A stretch of DNA of 64,000 bases, taken from Macrostomum lignano. Taxonomy: Eukaryota. The position numbers were made by a program, and so were the translations under genes. The stretch is from contig NIVC01000004.1 in the NCBI GenBank assembly GCA_002269645.1, positions 248,001 to 312,000 of the forward strand, in the 5' to 3' direction. The notes under the pieces were generated by a model. The model was not told where the DNA came from. It saw only the letters and a list, made by a program, of their open reading frames with translations, and did not search any database. The first letter of the stretch is position 1, and the number at the start of each line of letters is the position of its first letter. Positions 14,294 through 24,994 of this stretch are shown in pieces.

Positions 14294-17200
14294 ATGCGCT
14301 CCGATTCGGCAGCCGCGTCGACCGACACCAGTGGCGACGCAGCCAGAAAAGACACCGCCGCCGCAACTTCATCGCCGCCGCCAACCCCAACAAGCCGCGA
14401 CCTGCGCAGGAGCGGACGGTCCCGCCGCCGCAGCAGTGGCCCACTTGATGACCAGCCGGCCAGCCACCGGATCAACGGGGTCGAGTACCGCCTAGGCGAC
14501 TGCTGTTACGCCGAGGAGCCTGGCCGGCCGGACGAGCCATACATTATTGGCCAGTTGGAGGAGATGCGGGTCAGCAGGCGCGAGGCGGCCAGCGTGAGGC
14601 TGCGCGTGTTTTGCCGGACTCAGGTGAGCTGCTGAGTTTTCGCGGAAAAGCGTTTGCTTATCGAAGAACCCCTCGTGCTCTGATCTGCTTGGCGCATTCA
14701 CCCTTGCAATCGCCTTGACAATATTCCTGTCAGTTTCTAAGAATTGGCATCCAACCAACCCTAGAACCAGCCTCAAACCAATCCTAGAACCAGCCTCAAA
14801 CCAATCCTAGAACCAGCCTCAAACCAATCCTAGAACCAGCCTCAAACCAATCCTAGAACCAGCCTCAAACCAATCCTAGAACCAGCCTCAAACCAATCCT
14901 AGAACCAGCCTCAAACCAATCCTAGAACCAGCCTCAAACCAATCCTAGAACCAGCCTCAAACCAACCCTAGAACCAGCCTCAAACCAATCCTAGAACCAG
15001 CCTCAAACCAATCCTAGAACCAGCCTCAAACCAATCCTAGAACCAGCCTCAAACCAATCCTAGAACCAGCCTCAAACCAATCCTAGAACCAGCCTCAAAC
15101 CAATCCTAGAACCAGCCTCAAACCAATCCTAGAACCAGCCTCAAACCAACCCTAGAACCAGCCTCAAACCAATCCCAGAACCAGCCTCAAACCAATCCTA
15201 GAACCAGCCTCAAACCAATCCTAGAACCAGCCTCAAACCAATCCTAGAACCAGCCTCAAACCAACCCTAGAACCAGCCTCAAACCAATCCTAGTACCAGC
15301 CTCAAACCAATCCTAGAACCAGCCTCAAACCAATCCTAGAACCAGCCTCAAACCAATCCTAGAACCAGCCTCAAACCAATCCTAGAACCAGCCTCAAACC
15401 AATCCTAGAACCAGCCTCAAACCAATCCTAGAACCAGCCTCAAACCAATCCTAGAACCAGCCTCAAACCAATCCTAGAACCAGCCTCAAACCAACCCTAG
15501 AACCAGCCTCAAACCAACCCTAGAACCAGCCTCAAACCAATCCTAGAACCAGCCTCAAACCAATCCTAGAACCAGCCTCAAACCAACCCTAGAACCAGCC
15601 TCAAACCAACCCTAGAACCAGCCTCAAACCAATCCTAGAACCAGCCTCAAACCAACCCTAGAACCAGCCTCAAACCAACCCTAGAACCAGCCTCAAACCA
15701 ACCCTAGAACCAGCCTCAAACCAACCCTAGAACCAGCCTCAAACCAACCCTAGAACCAGCCTCAAACCAACCCTCAAGCATCGGCTCAATTTCCTACTTG
15801 ACGAATTGTCCTGGACAATCTGAAGAATCTCCTCGGAGAAAAAATAACTATTCAAGAGCTCTCTGAGCCACAAGCCCTCCAAACCTGATTGGTCCTTGCG
15901 CCTTCTCAACGCTCAGGACGTGCCGGACGCGGCCTACGAGGCGCAGGGCTGCCGCGACAGCATGTTTGAAGGCGACCCCCGTCAAGAGGAGGCCCGCCTC
16001 CGCGAGCTTTTTCTCAGCGAAGCTCGCGAATCCTTGCCGGCCGCCAGCCTGCGCGGCCGCTGTCGAGTGGATCGTTTTCCGGACCTGGCGGCCGCTTCTG
16101 CTGGCTACCGCCTGCGGCCAGACGCCTTCTACTGCGTGTTCAACTACAGCCCCGAGACCCGGCGGCTGTCCAGCACAAGGACTGAAATTCGAGTCGGCCC
16201 ATCGTTTCAGGCCGAGCTGCCCGACTGCAGGGACGAGGTGCGCGGTTGGCTGGGCCTTCATGGGTTTGGGCTTCTGCGCTTCTTGAATGGCTGTTGGCGT
16301 TGGGCAGCTGTAGGCTCCTGCTGGGTAGCTGTAGGCTCTTGTTGGGCAGCTGTAGGCTCTTGTTCGGTAACTGTAGGCTCTTGTTGGGCAGCTATAGGCT
16401 CTTGTTGGGCAGCTATAGGCTCTTGTTGGGTAGCTGTAGGCTCTTGTTCGGTAGCCCAGGCTCTTGCTGGGTAGCTCTAGGCTCCTGCTGGGTAGCTGTA
16501 GGCTCTTGTTCGGTAGCCCAGGCTCTTGTTGGGTAGCTGTAGGCTCTTGTTGGGCAGCTGTAGGCTCTTGTTGGGCAGCTGTAGGCTCTTGTTGGGCAGC
16601 TGTAGGCTCTTGTTGGGCAGCTGTAGGCTCTTGTTGGGTAGCTGTAGGCTCTTGTTCGGTAGCCCAGGCTCTTGTTGGGTAGCTGTAGGCTCTTGTTGGG
16701 TAGCTGTAGGCTCTTGTTGGGCAGCTGTAGGCTCTTGTTGGGCAGCTGTAGGCTCTTGTTGGGCAGCTGTAGGCTCTTGTTGGGCAGCTGTAGGCTCTTG
16801 TTGGGCAGCTGTAGGCTCTTGTTGGGTAGCTGTAGGCTCTTGTTCGGTAGCCCAGGCTCTTGTTGGGTAGCTGTAGGCTCTTGTTGGGTAGCTGTAGGCT
16901 CTTGTTGGGCAGCTGTAGGCTCTTGTTGGGTAGCTGTAGGCTCTTGTTCGGTAGCCCAGGCTCTTGTTGGGTAGCTGTAGGCTCCTGCTGGGTAGCTGTA
17001 GGCTCTTGTTGGGTAGCCGTTTTTGTCTCTTTGTGGTTAGCCATTGACTCTTACTGAACCAAAAACAACTGCCATTGGCTTAGGTCACTAAACCGATAAT
17101 AACATAATCACAGGCACAGTTTTGGGCCTATTCTAACAACCATTTTAAGCATTTCCCTTCCAATTGGTGTCATCTGTTGCTTTTCCCAGTCTAAAAGTAG

Positions 17201-19337
17201 ATATCTGCTGCAGACCGCAACTTAGCTTTATCTTGCATTAATAATTCAACAAAATATTCATTGAGCACAAGGCAGAAAATTGTGATAAGCGCTCAGTTCC
17301 AGCAATGAGGCTCAAGTCAGGATGGCCGAGTGGTCTAAGGCGCTGCGTTCAGGTCGCAGTCCTCTTCTGAGGGCGTGGGTTCGAATCCCACTTCTGACAA
17401 AATTTTTGTCACTTTTCGCAAATTAGTTCTGCATTCGAGTCCAATGGTGAAGGTTGCTTGTTTTTATAATTTTAGGCATCAAGGCTTAAGTTCTGGTATA
17501 TTACGTTTCTTACAGTACTATTAGTAGTGCGATCTATCAAAATCATTTGCCTATCATTCCGCAGGTTCCACAGATGCACCCGCTGGCTGACGAGGCTGGC
17601 CGGGTCTGGGAGACTCCCCGCTGGCTACCCGGCCACCTGGAGGACGAGGAGCTCCACATGTACATCCGCGCTGCCCGCTCCTTGGCTGCCTTCGCCGGCT
17701 TCTGCGACCTCGGCAGCGCCAGCGAGGGTCAGGCATCGGCCGGCACCGACCGGACGGCGCAGCGGGCCCTCGACGCACTTCACGACCTCGACTACGATGT
17801 CCGGCTGGCTCTCCGCGTGCTGGTACGCAACCCGCGACTCAACGGCGCCGGTGGCGGTGGCTTCGACGACGGCGACTGCGGCGCACCCTGGTCGCGCGAG
17901 TGCGTGCGCCGCTTTCAGAAGGGCGTCCGCCAGTACGGCAAAAACTTCTGCCGAATCCGGCGCGAACTCCTGCCAGAGCGCCGGGTCGGCCAGCTGGTGC
18001 ACTTCTACTACCTGTGGAAGCGGTCGCCGGCTTGCCCGAACGGTGCCCGGTCGGCCGGGAGACGCGGCGGCGGTGGCGGCGCCGCATCGCCAGCCGCTCA
18101 GTTCGAGCCGCTCTGCCGCAACTGCGAGCAAATCCCGGCGGCCGGAGACGGCGACCCGCTCTGTGGCGAGTGCCGCCAGTTTTACCTCAAGTACGGCGAG
18201 GACCGGCCTTGCCACAGCTCCCGTGCCGGTGCCAGCGCAGATGACACCGACGGTGCCAACGAGGTGGCGTCGGTGAAAGCCGAAGCTACCGCTGCCGCCA
18301 GCATCACCAATACTGCAGAGGCAGGCGCTAGCGAAGACGCTGTAGACGGCGACGCCGAAGGTGAGCGCGAGGACTCGGACAGCTCAAGCAGCGAGGACAG
18401 CAGCGGCTCCAGTGACAACTCGAGCGATGAAGCGATCGCTGCCTTCGATGACCCCCCGAGCACTTCGCGCACAGCAAGCAGGCGCGATTCCCCCTCGCCG
18501 CCTCCGCCGCCGCCTTCGTCCACAACGCCGCCTTCACCGACGCCCTCCCGTCCGGCTCCTGTCTGCAGTCCGGCCCCTCTGCCCTGCCGTCTGGCCGGCG
18601 CCCACGTCAGCAGCGGCGGCCGCTGCCTTCAGCGAGTCTGGCTACGCAGCGGAGGCCGCAACTCCTGCGCCCGCACCGACCTGCATTTTCAGGCGCCCGC
18701 GACGGCCAGCCGCGCCGACTCCAGCCGTCAGCCCACCTGTCGACCTGTCGCTGCCGCTCCCGCCTCCTCGTCGGTCCCGGCTGCATCGCCCTGGCCAACT
18801 TCAGCGCCGCTTTCTCGACCTCGTTCGCCAGTAGGAGCCGCGGCGGAGGAGCAGCAGCGGAAGATGCTCGCCGCCGCCTGGCAGTCGGAGCAAGCGCGCC
18901 TGGCCGAGTTCGCCTACCTGCAGTCCGCCAGCTGCAGCAGCGCTAGGCAGCCGCCGCCTCCGCACTTTGGCCCGCTGATGCAGCCGCCACTATCGCCACA
19001 CGAGTTCGCCGGCCACAGCGCCGCCTTTGGCCCGGATCCGTTTGCCGCCTTCGGCCGCCCCGCGATGCCGCTGCAGCCTCCGCCATCGCCGCACCATCAC
19101 CAGCGACAGCAGCTGATGCAGCATCATCTGTTCAGAGCGCCGCAGCCCCCGCCTTCGTCGGAATTCGCACCCCTCTTTGCAGCTGCCGCGGCGGCTGCTT
19201 CCCAGCAGCATCATCAGCAACAGCAGCTTCATCAGAGTATTGCTCAGCGTCATCAACATCAGGTGATGTGCGACCCCCGCTGCCTTCCATTCGACCCCGC
19301 TCTGCTGGCCTTCCCGCCGCTGCCGTCGCCTCGCTGA
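14294..19337 (+). CDS. RERE: RERE/Atrophin-2 (EGL-27-like) co-repressor: BAH-ELM2-SANT-GATA-short atrophin region, about 807 aa; exons 14294-14623, 15917-16237, 17565-19337
   Basis: Motifs YRLGDCCY (BAH), RELFLS, NYSPETRRLSSTRTEIRVGPSFQAELPD, MYIRAARSLAAFAGFCD (ELM2), WSRECVRRFQKGVRQYGKNFCRIRRELLP (SANT), CRNC...LCGECRQFYLKYGE (GATA-like) and RNSCARTDLHF (atrophin). Both introns are phase-0 GT-AG. The true start may lie in an upstream exon. Confidence 0.95.
14754..15776. repeat. 23-bp minisatellite (aaaccaatcctagaaccagcctc)n, about 44 copies, in RERE intron 1
   Basis: Seen directly. Confidence 0.97.
16300..17015. repeat. 21-bp minisatellite (gggcagctgtaggctcttgtt)n in RERE intron 2
   Basis: Seen directly; gives the spurious TATQQEP and GSCRLLL ORFs. 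Confidence 0.96.
17316..17399 (+). tRNA. tRNA-Leu(CAG) in RERE intron 2
   Basis: GTCAGGATGGCCGAGTGGTCTAAGGCGCTGCG-TTCAGGT-CGCAG...GGTTCGAATCCCACTTCTGACA: A and B boxes, CAG anticodon, long variable arm, downstream T5 terminator. Confidence 0.97.
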
Positions 19338-20244
19338 GTTGCTGGGCGCAGCCTCTTCTAGCAGATGTTTGCGTGTCTTCAAAATCACAGCGCATTTCAG
19401 GTCTTAAGTGAGCAAAAGAGCTCAATAGTGCTCGTCCTGTAGCTAGCAATGTTCACTAGCTTACCTTGTAAAGCAGAGCTCATTGCTTCTGATTTTTACA
19501 TTTAGATTGGTATCAAGAATCTTGATAATCTCATATTATACATTAACTTCTCATTTTTATGCTATCAAATTTCCCTTGAACTGATGCTACTTGCGACTGT
19601 TGCCTCCGTGACTCCCGTGTGCCTTCAGCGACTTGGCTCTCCCCCAGCTCACTTAGCTTGCTTGCATTCAGTGGCACTTGATGTCTTGACTCAACTGACT
19701 ACGCAGGGACCCGATACCTTTAGATTTGTTACTCTCAGTGTATTTTTTCATTTTAGCTTTTGGCTTTTATGTGGCTTTAAAACTGAAATCAGGTGTCCCA
19801 TGATAGTTTTTCATTTTCATTTCCTCATCTAGTGCAAATGTTTACCCAATTCTATTTAGATTTTTCCTTTTGGTTCACCAGACGTGGTTATTTGTTTTTG
19901 TTTAGTGATAATAGATTAGTCTCATTGACCCATTCTCGAGACACTAATTAATCACCTTTTATAGACTGATATTGGAATAATGATAGCTTTTATTGAAAAA
20001 ATCAGAGACTGCTTGAAAATACAATTTTCAATGTCAACCCATCTCGGGTAATGGTGTGTACACTGGACCTGTAATTATTACATGAATAATGGAAAATCAG
20101 AATCTAATTCGATTCAAAAGTACACCCGTAAGCTTACGCCTGCTCAAGATCCTTAAGTTTGCTATGCACCAAACAAATGTTCGGGCATATAACAATTACA
20201 CACCTGGCACTGCAACAGCGCATCTTCACTCTAAATGTAACTAA

Positions 20245-21000
20245 GGAATATAAAAGTGAAAATCAACATAAATTAACTTCTTTCGACGCAAAGAGTAAAG
20301 AGTAAAGAGTAAAGAGCAAAGAGTACACTGATCAGGTTAGTGCCTTCACTTAGAACACCTTCAGCAAATGGCCCGCACCACTATGGGAAATGGGAAATCT
20401 TTCATCAAGTTGGTACGCCCATTGTCTCCAGCATTACCAAGCGATGGGCACTTACCCACGGTGCTCTCGATTTCAGCAGCGAAATCTAATTTGTTGAGCT
20501 TGGGTGGTAAGACCGGATGCCTGAGTCCTCGTTGTAGACATTGTAGACGTTGTTGTTGTGGGTTTGACTCTTAGTCTGCTTTTCGAGCCATAGTCTACCC
20601 AATTTTGCCTCCAGTCTCGTCTTGACTTGTTTGACTTGGACTTTCACAGCTCGTGAGACGAGTTGAGAGAGCACGCGGCGTAGGTCATGCAGAAGCTCAA
20701 CTTTTCTTTGAGTTTTAGCTTGAAGCCTCGAATTTGCATTAGCAGTTTTCTTGCTTTCTGGGCATTGAGCTTGAGTTGTCTTCGGATGAGTTTCTCAGCG
20801 AGTCTGGCTGCGCAGCGGAGGCCGCAACTCCTGCACCCGCACTGTTATAATTACAGTAAACGTTTGTTCTTTTTATCTCTTATAAAAGTTGTTGTGTGTG
20901 AGTAAAAAATACATCAGATCCTGAAGATGGTCCTTGTTGGACCGAAACGCGTCGAAAGAAGTTAATTTAACTTATGTTGATTTTCAATTTATATTCCTTT
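20245..21000 (-). mobile_element. Penelope-like element fragment: N-terminal ORF remnant flanked by inverted pseudo-LTR copies
   Basis: Minus-strand remnants AEKLIRRQLKLN..., VKTRLEAKLGRL and LPPKLNKLDFAAEIESTV. Region 20245-20289 is an inverted copy of 20949-21000. The right copy carries a hammerhead motif, as known for PLEs. Confidence 0.6.
20921..20953 (+). ncRNA. Minimal type I hammerhead ribozyme
   Basis: CTGAAGA-T-GGTCC-ttgtt-GGACC-GAAA-CGCG-TC: full catalytic core, perfect 5-bp stem II, palindromic CGCG loop III, GUC cleavage triplet. Stem I has only 2 bp in cis. Confidence 0.75.
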
Positions 21001-22804
21001 GCGTTCTAAAGCGTGCTACCTTACCTCAAACGTAACTAAACATCAGATTATTGGAATGATCATGTGAAGTAACTATATCGTATTCAAAAGCTTTCGGTTC
21101 CGATTTATAGTTCTCGATATAGTTCAAAAGTTTTCGATTTATAGTTCTTTCGGCAGCCATGTGTTTTACATGTATGCACAGTTTCTCGTAATTTTTATTG
21201 TAAATTATTGACTACTACGAGCGTATCAGTTAGAAACGCATGAACTGCACGGAATAACTTGCATATGTACTTTTACTGCCATCAAAATTACATAATTACA
21301 GAAAAAATATACGAGGCAGTTTTCTTTGACGTTCAGGGTCAAATACGGTCAAGCTCTTAGTTTCAGCGAATTTCCGAGTGTATACGGTACATTAAAGTTA
21401 CAGTACATATACACGTTACAGTGCAGTCATCACATATATTCATTCCAATAGAAAATTTCAGAGGTCGATGAAACGGAGAAGCGCTGTGAAACCGGGGCCG
21501 GTTGCAGAGGCAATCTTTATTGACAAAATTAGCTATTAAAAAACGAGAATAAAATGAGAAATTAAGCTGTGTTGTAGTGTGCAGCTACTTAGAAAATTTT
21601 ATTATTTGATGGAAATTATAAAACGTTTTGTTTTTTGCTTAATTTATATGCACCAGAAAAAAATTAAATTTGTCTTCTTCTATTAATTCCTTCCTGAGCA
21701 CTGCCAGCAGTGGCGCAGCCAAGAATTTGTGGAGGGGAGCGGAGTTAAGGACCACTGTAGTATCACTACTGTTGCTCACACACTCCTTTGGACGGACTCT
21801 GGAAGGTAGAGACCACAGATATTATCTATTTTCGACCCAAAGTAGGCCGGAGGGGGTACGTGGCTTTGTATTTAGGCTAAAATGTGCTTGGCTCCCTTTC
21901 ATTTTTATTAGGTTTCCCTGAGCGTCCCTGTGCGTCAATAGTGCGTCCCTGAGCACTAGGAAGGTTGAGGAAAATCTGATCGCAATAAAGAGAATATAGA
22001 ACACAGTTTAGGCCGTAAAAAATAAACTAGTTAAAACAAATAGTATCAACAATATATATCTTGTTACATCTTCACGCAAATAGCTTGACGTGTCTGTGTT
22101 TATTTTAAATCCTAAAATATAAATGTAACTAACGTACAAAAATATGTCTTTGCAAATGAACTTTTTTATGTGTAACGGATAAGGTCAACTTTGTATTTTT
22201 CTATAAATTGCATGCGCTCACTCACTGCTTTATAGTGTATCTTTATTATAGATGTTATTCCATTTGAATATATGTAAAGCACAGTGTAGTTTTTGAAGGT
22301 AATTGAAGGTAATAATATTACCTGACTTTAAACTTAAACTTTAAGCTGCATCTTGATTAAACAGAAAGTTGTGATTTTGTTTATGATTATTGCTTGTGAC
22401 TCTGAAAATTATTAAAAATAAAAAATTTTTTTAAATATCCTATTTTCAAGACTAGTCACTAGTTATTAATTTTATTGTATTGTATAATATGATCATAGGC
22501 CTATGACTTGATATTTTAGCCTAATTTATTGATTTCAATGATCATAGGCCTGTAGCCAACTTAGGCCTATAATTTTTTAGGCTCTATGCTATGCCTATGG
22601 GCTATAGTAATTTTATAAGGCCAACCAAACTATTTTTACTATTTTTAAACTTTCTCAAAACTTAAGTACATTTTTTATCATACCTTGTAGATCAAAACTT
22701 AAAAGTAGATTATTATACTCTTGAAAACAATTTTTATTTCAATTCAAGAGTTTCTTTTTAGGTCCTCAAATATTAAACCTATATACTATACTATACTATA
22801 CTAT

Positions 22805-24205
22805 GGCAATGGCTAGAGTTCTGGAACTGGAACCCATTTTCTAAGGGCTATGAATCTGGCAGTGGTATTCCACTAGTGCCATTTATGGGTATAATCAGTG
22901 TTGGGCAAGTTACTTAAAAAAAGTAACTTGCGTTACTGTAACTTAAGTTACCAATTTTTAAAAAGTAACTTACGTTAGCCTAGTAACTTTAGACAAAAAC
23001 CTGGTAACTTTTAAGTTACTGTCCGTTACTCACTTCCGTTACCCATGTTATTAACAAAATTTTCTGCTTTTTTCACATTGCACATTTTTTCACATTGTTG
23101 TTACCGAAATTTGCCATTGGGCATTGGGATTAACCGATTAACAGACAGAGACAGGAATTGGCGACACGATGTGAGGCAAATAGAAGGACCAATGGGCAAT
23201 GGCAATCAATAATTAAAATTATAAATGATAAAATAAACGAATATCAATAATTCAATAGAGTAAAATAAATAGAACTGTATAAAATGGTGTAGTGTACTGC
23301 AGTGCCAGTGGAGGGACTTGTGGAGGCTACAGATGAATTTCTTTCTTTGGTTGTTTGTTTGAATCAAACTTGAAAATTTTTAGTAACGAAAATGGGCCTT
23401 TTCATATAGCTAGTTCTGGTTCCAGAATCAGAACCAATTTGTGAAGTATAACTTTTTGTCTCCATAACTAGAGGGAGATACGTGCTATAAAGTTTTTATT
23501 ATTGAATGAAAATCGCTAAGAAGAAAGTGAAAAATTGTGCTATGTGAGGTTGTTAAGGCAGTCAAACATTCAACAGAATTAAATAGTTATACTGCTGTTT
23601 TTCTTGGAAGATCCGAACCGATTCTGATTCTGGAATTGGTAATATGAAAAGCCTCAATGAAAGGCGAAAATATTTTACCAATATTAACAAAGTAAAACAT
23701 GTTTCAAGTATTTCTTCATTAATTAAACGCAATACCATATGATACTATTCACTTAATTTTGAATTTATGAATGAAAAATGCAAAAACATGTGACAACCGG
23801 CGTACTAGCTAAGCATTTCAGTTTTTAATTTAAATATTGCGATTGTTGCAAAGTAACTGTAACGGACTTCCGAAATTTGAGTAACTTACCGTTACTCCGT
23901 TACTAAAATAAAAAAGTAACTTGCGTAAGGAACGCTTTACGAAAAAGTAACTTGCGTTACCATTTGCAAGTTACTCGGTAACGGAAGTGCCCAACACTGG
24001 GTATAATATAGCAGAAACATTTTACTTTTAACAGGTGGTTGATATTGAGATTTTGTTCAAGATGAGATCAAAATGAAATGATAAGATTCAAAACAAGACA
24101 CTTCTAATGTTCAAAGACTTCATTAGTAGATAACTGCCTATAGAACACTGCCGGATCCATAGCCATTAGTGAATGGGTTCTGGTGCCGGAACTCTAGCCA
24201 TTACC
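22805..24205. mobile_element. Older non-autonomous TIR element (about 60-bp imperfect TIRs) interrupted by a younger hAT
   Basis: ggcaatggctagagttctggaactggaacccatt...ggcagtg (22805-22865) versus the reverse complement of 24143-24205; the differences include CpG decay. TSD and superfamily not resolved. Confidence 0.6.
22896..23999. mobile_element. Non-autonomous hAT element, 1104 bp
   Basis: TIRs CAGTGTTGGGCA / TGCCCAACACTG; 8-bp TSD GGTATAAT (22888-22895 and 24000-24007); many subterminal GTAAC/GTTAC motifs. Confidence 0.92.
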
Positions 24206-24994
24206 CTATACTATGGTATATAGACTAGTCTAAAGGCTCTATTACAAATAACATTACATTTTGCAAATGAATAACATAAGTGCATATAATATAAAAAATA
24301 GGATAGGAACAAGTGGCTCATTCATAAGTATGAACATAGACCCTATATTAGAAATGTATATCTATTATAGTTGTAGTTAAAAATGTGAAATAAAAATCTA
24401 AATTATCTTTCAATAAGGCATATGAGACAACCTTTTATAGGAGCATATATGACTATGATATATAATAATCTATTTATTAAATGACACAAAATAAGGATAC
24501 CAAATTTTGCTATACTTAATAAATGAGTTAAAAAACTAGATACTTTTTAAAAAGCATCTGTGATATGCTTAAAGTCTAAGTAGATAATATAAGAATATTT
24601 ATATTAATTTTATATATAATACAAAGTTATATATATACAATTTTTCTAAATATTTCTAATATAATACATTTGCAAAGGCATACTTTTAAAGTGTATGCCT
24701 TTAGATATAAAAGTTATGTTTTGGATTTTGACAGATTTTTGGATTAACAAAAAAATTCTATATAGCATTAGTTAATTATAATTTGTATATAGCTTTTGCA
24801 TTTAATCCTTAGTTTAGATATATAGATGACAGATAGATAGATGATAGATTATTTTGATATATATATATATAGTCTATAATATAATGTATTATGTATATAA
24901 TAATGTACCCATATTTAGTTTCCTGTTTTTTTAACTTATACATTTCAACGCACAATAGCACAAGAAAAGCTAAACTGCTCCTCCAACCTCAGGG

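Noticed and set aside
15848-17044. 398-aa minus-strand TATQQEP-repeat ORF
   Set aside because: A 21-bp intronic minisatellite plus the antisense of RERE exon 2.
21708-21740. CAGTGGCGCAGCCAAGAATTT start resembling the 6982 MITE; a similar start at 60917
   Set aside because: No matching right TIR or TSD, so left as unbounded fragments.
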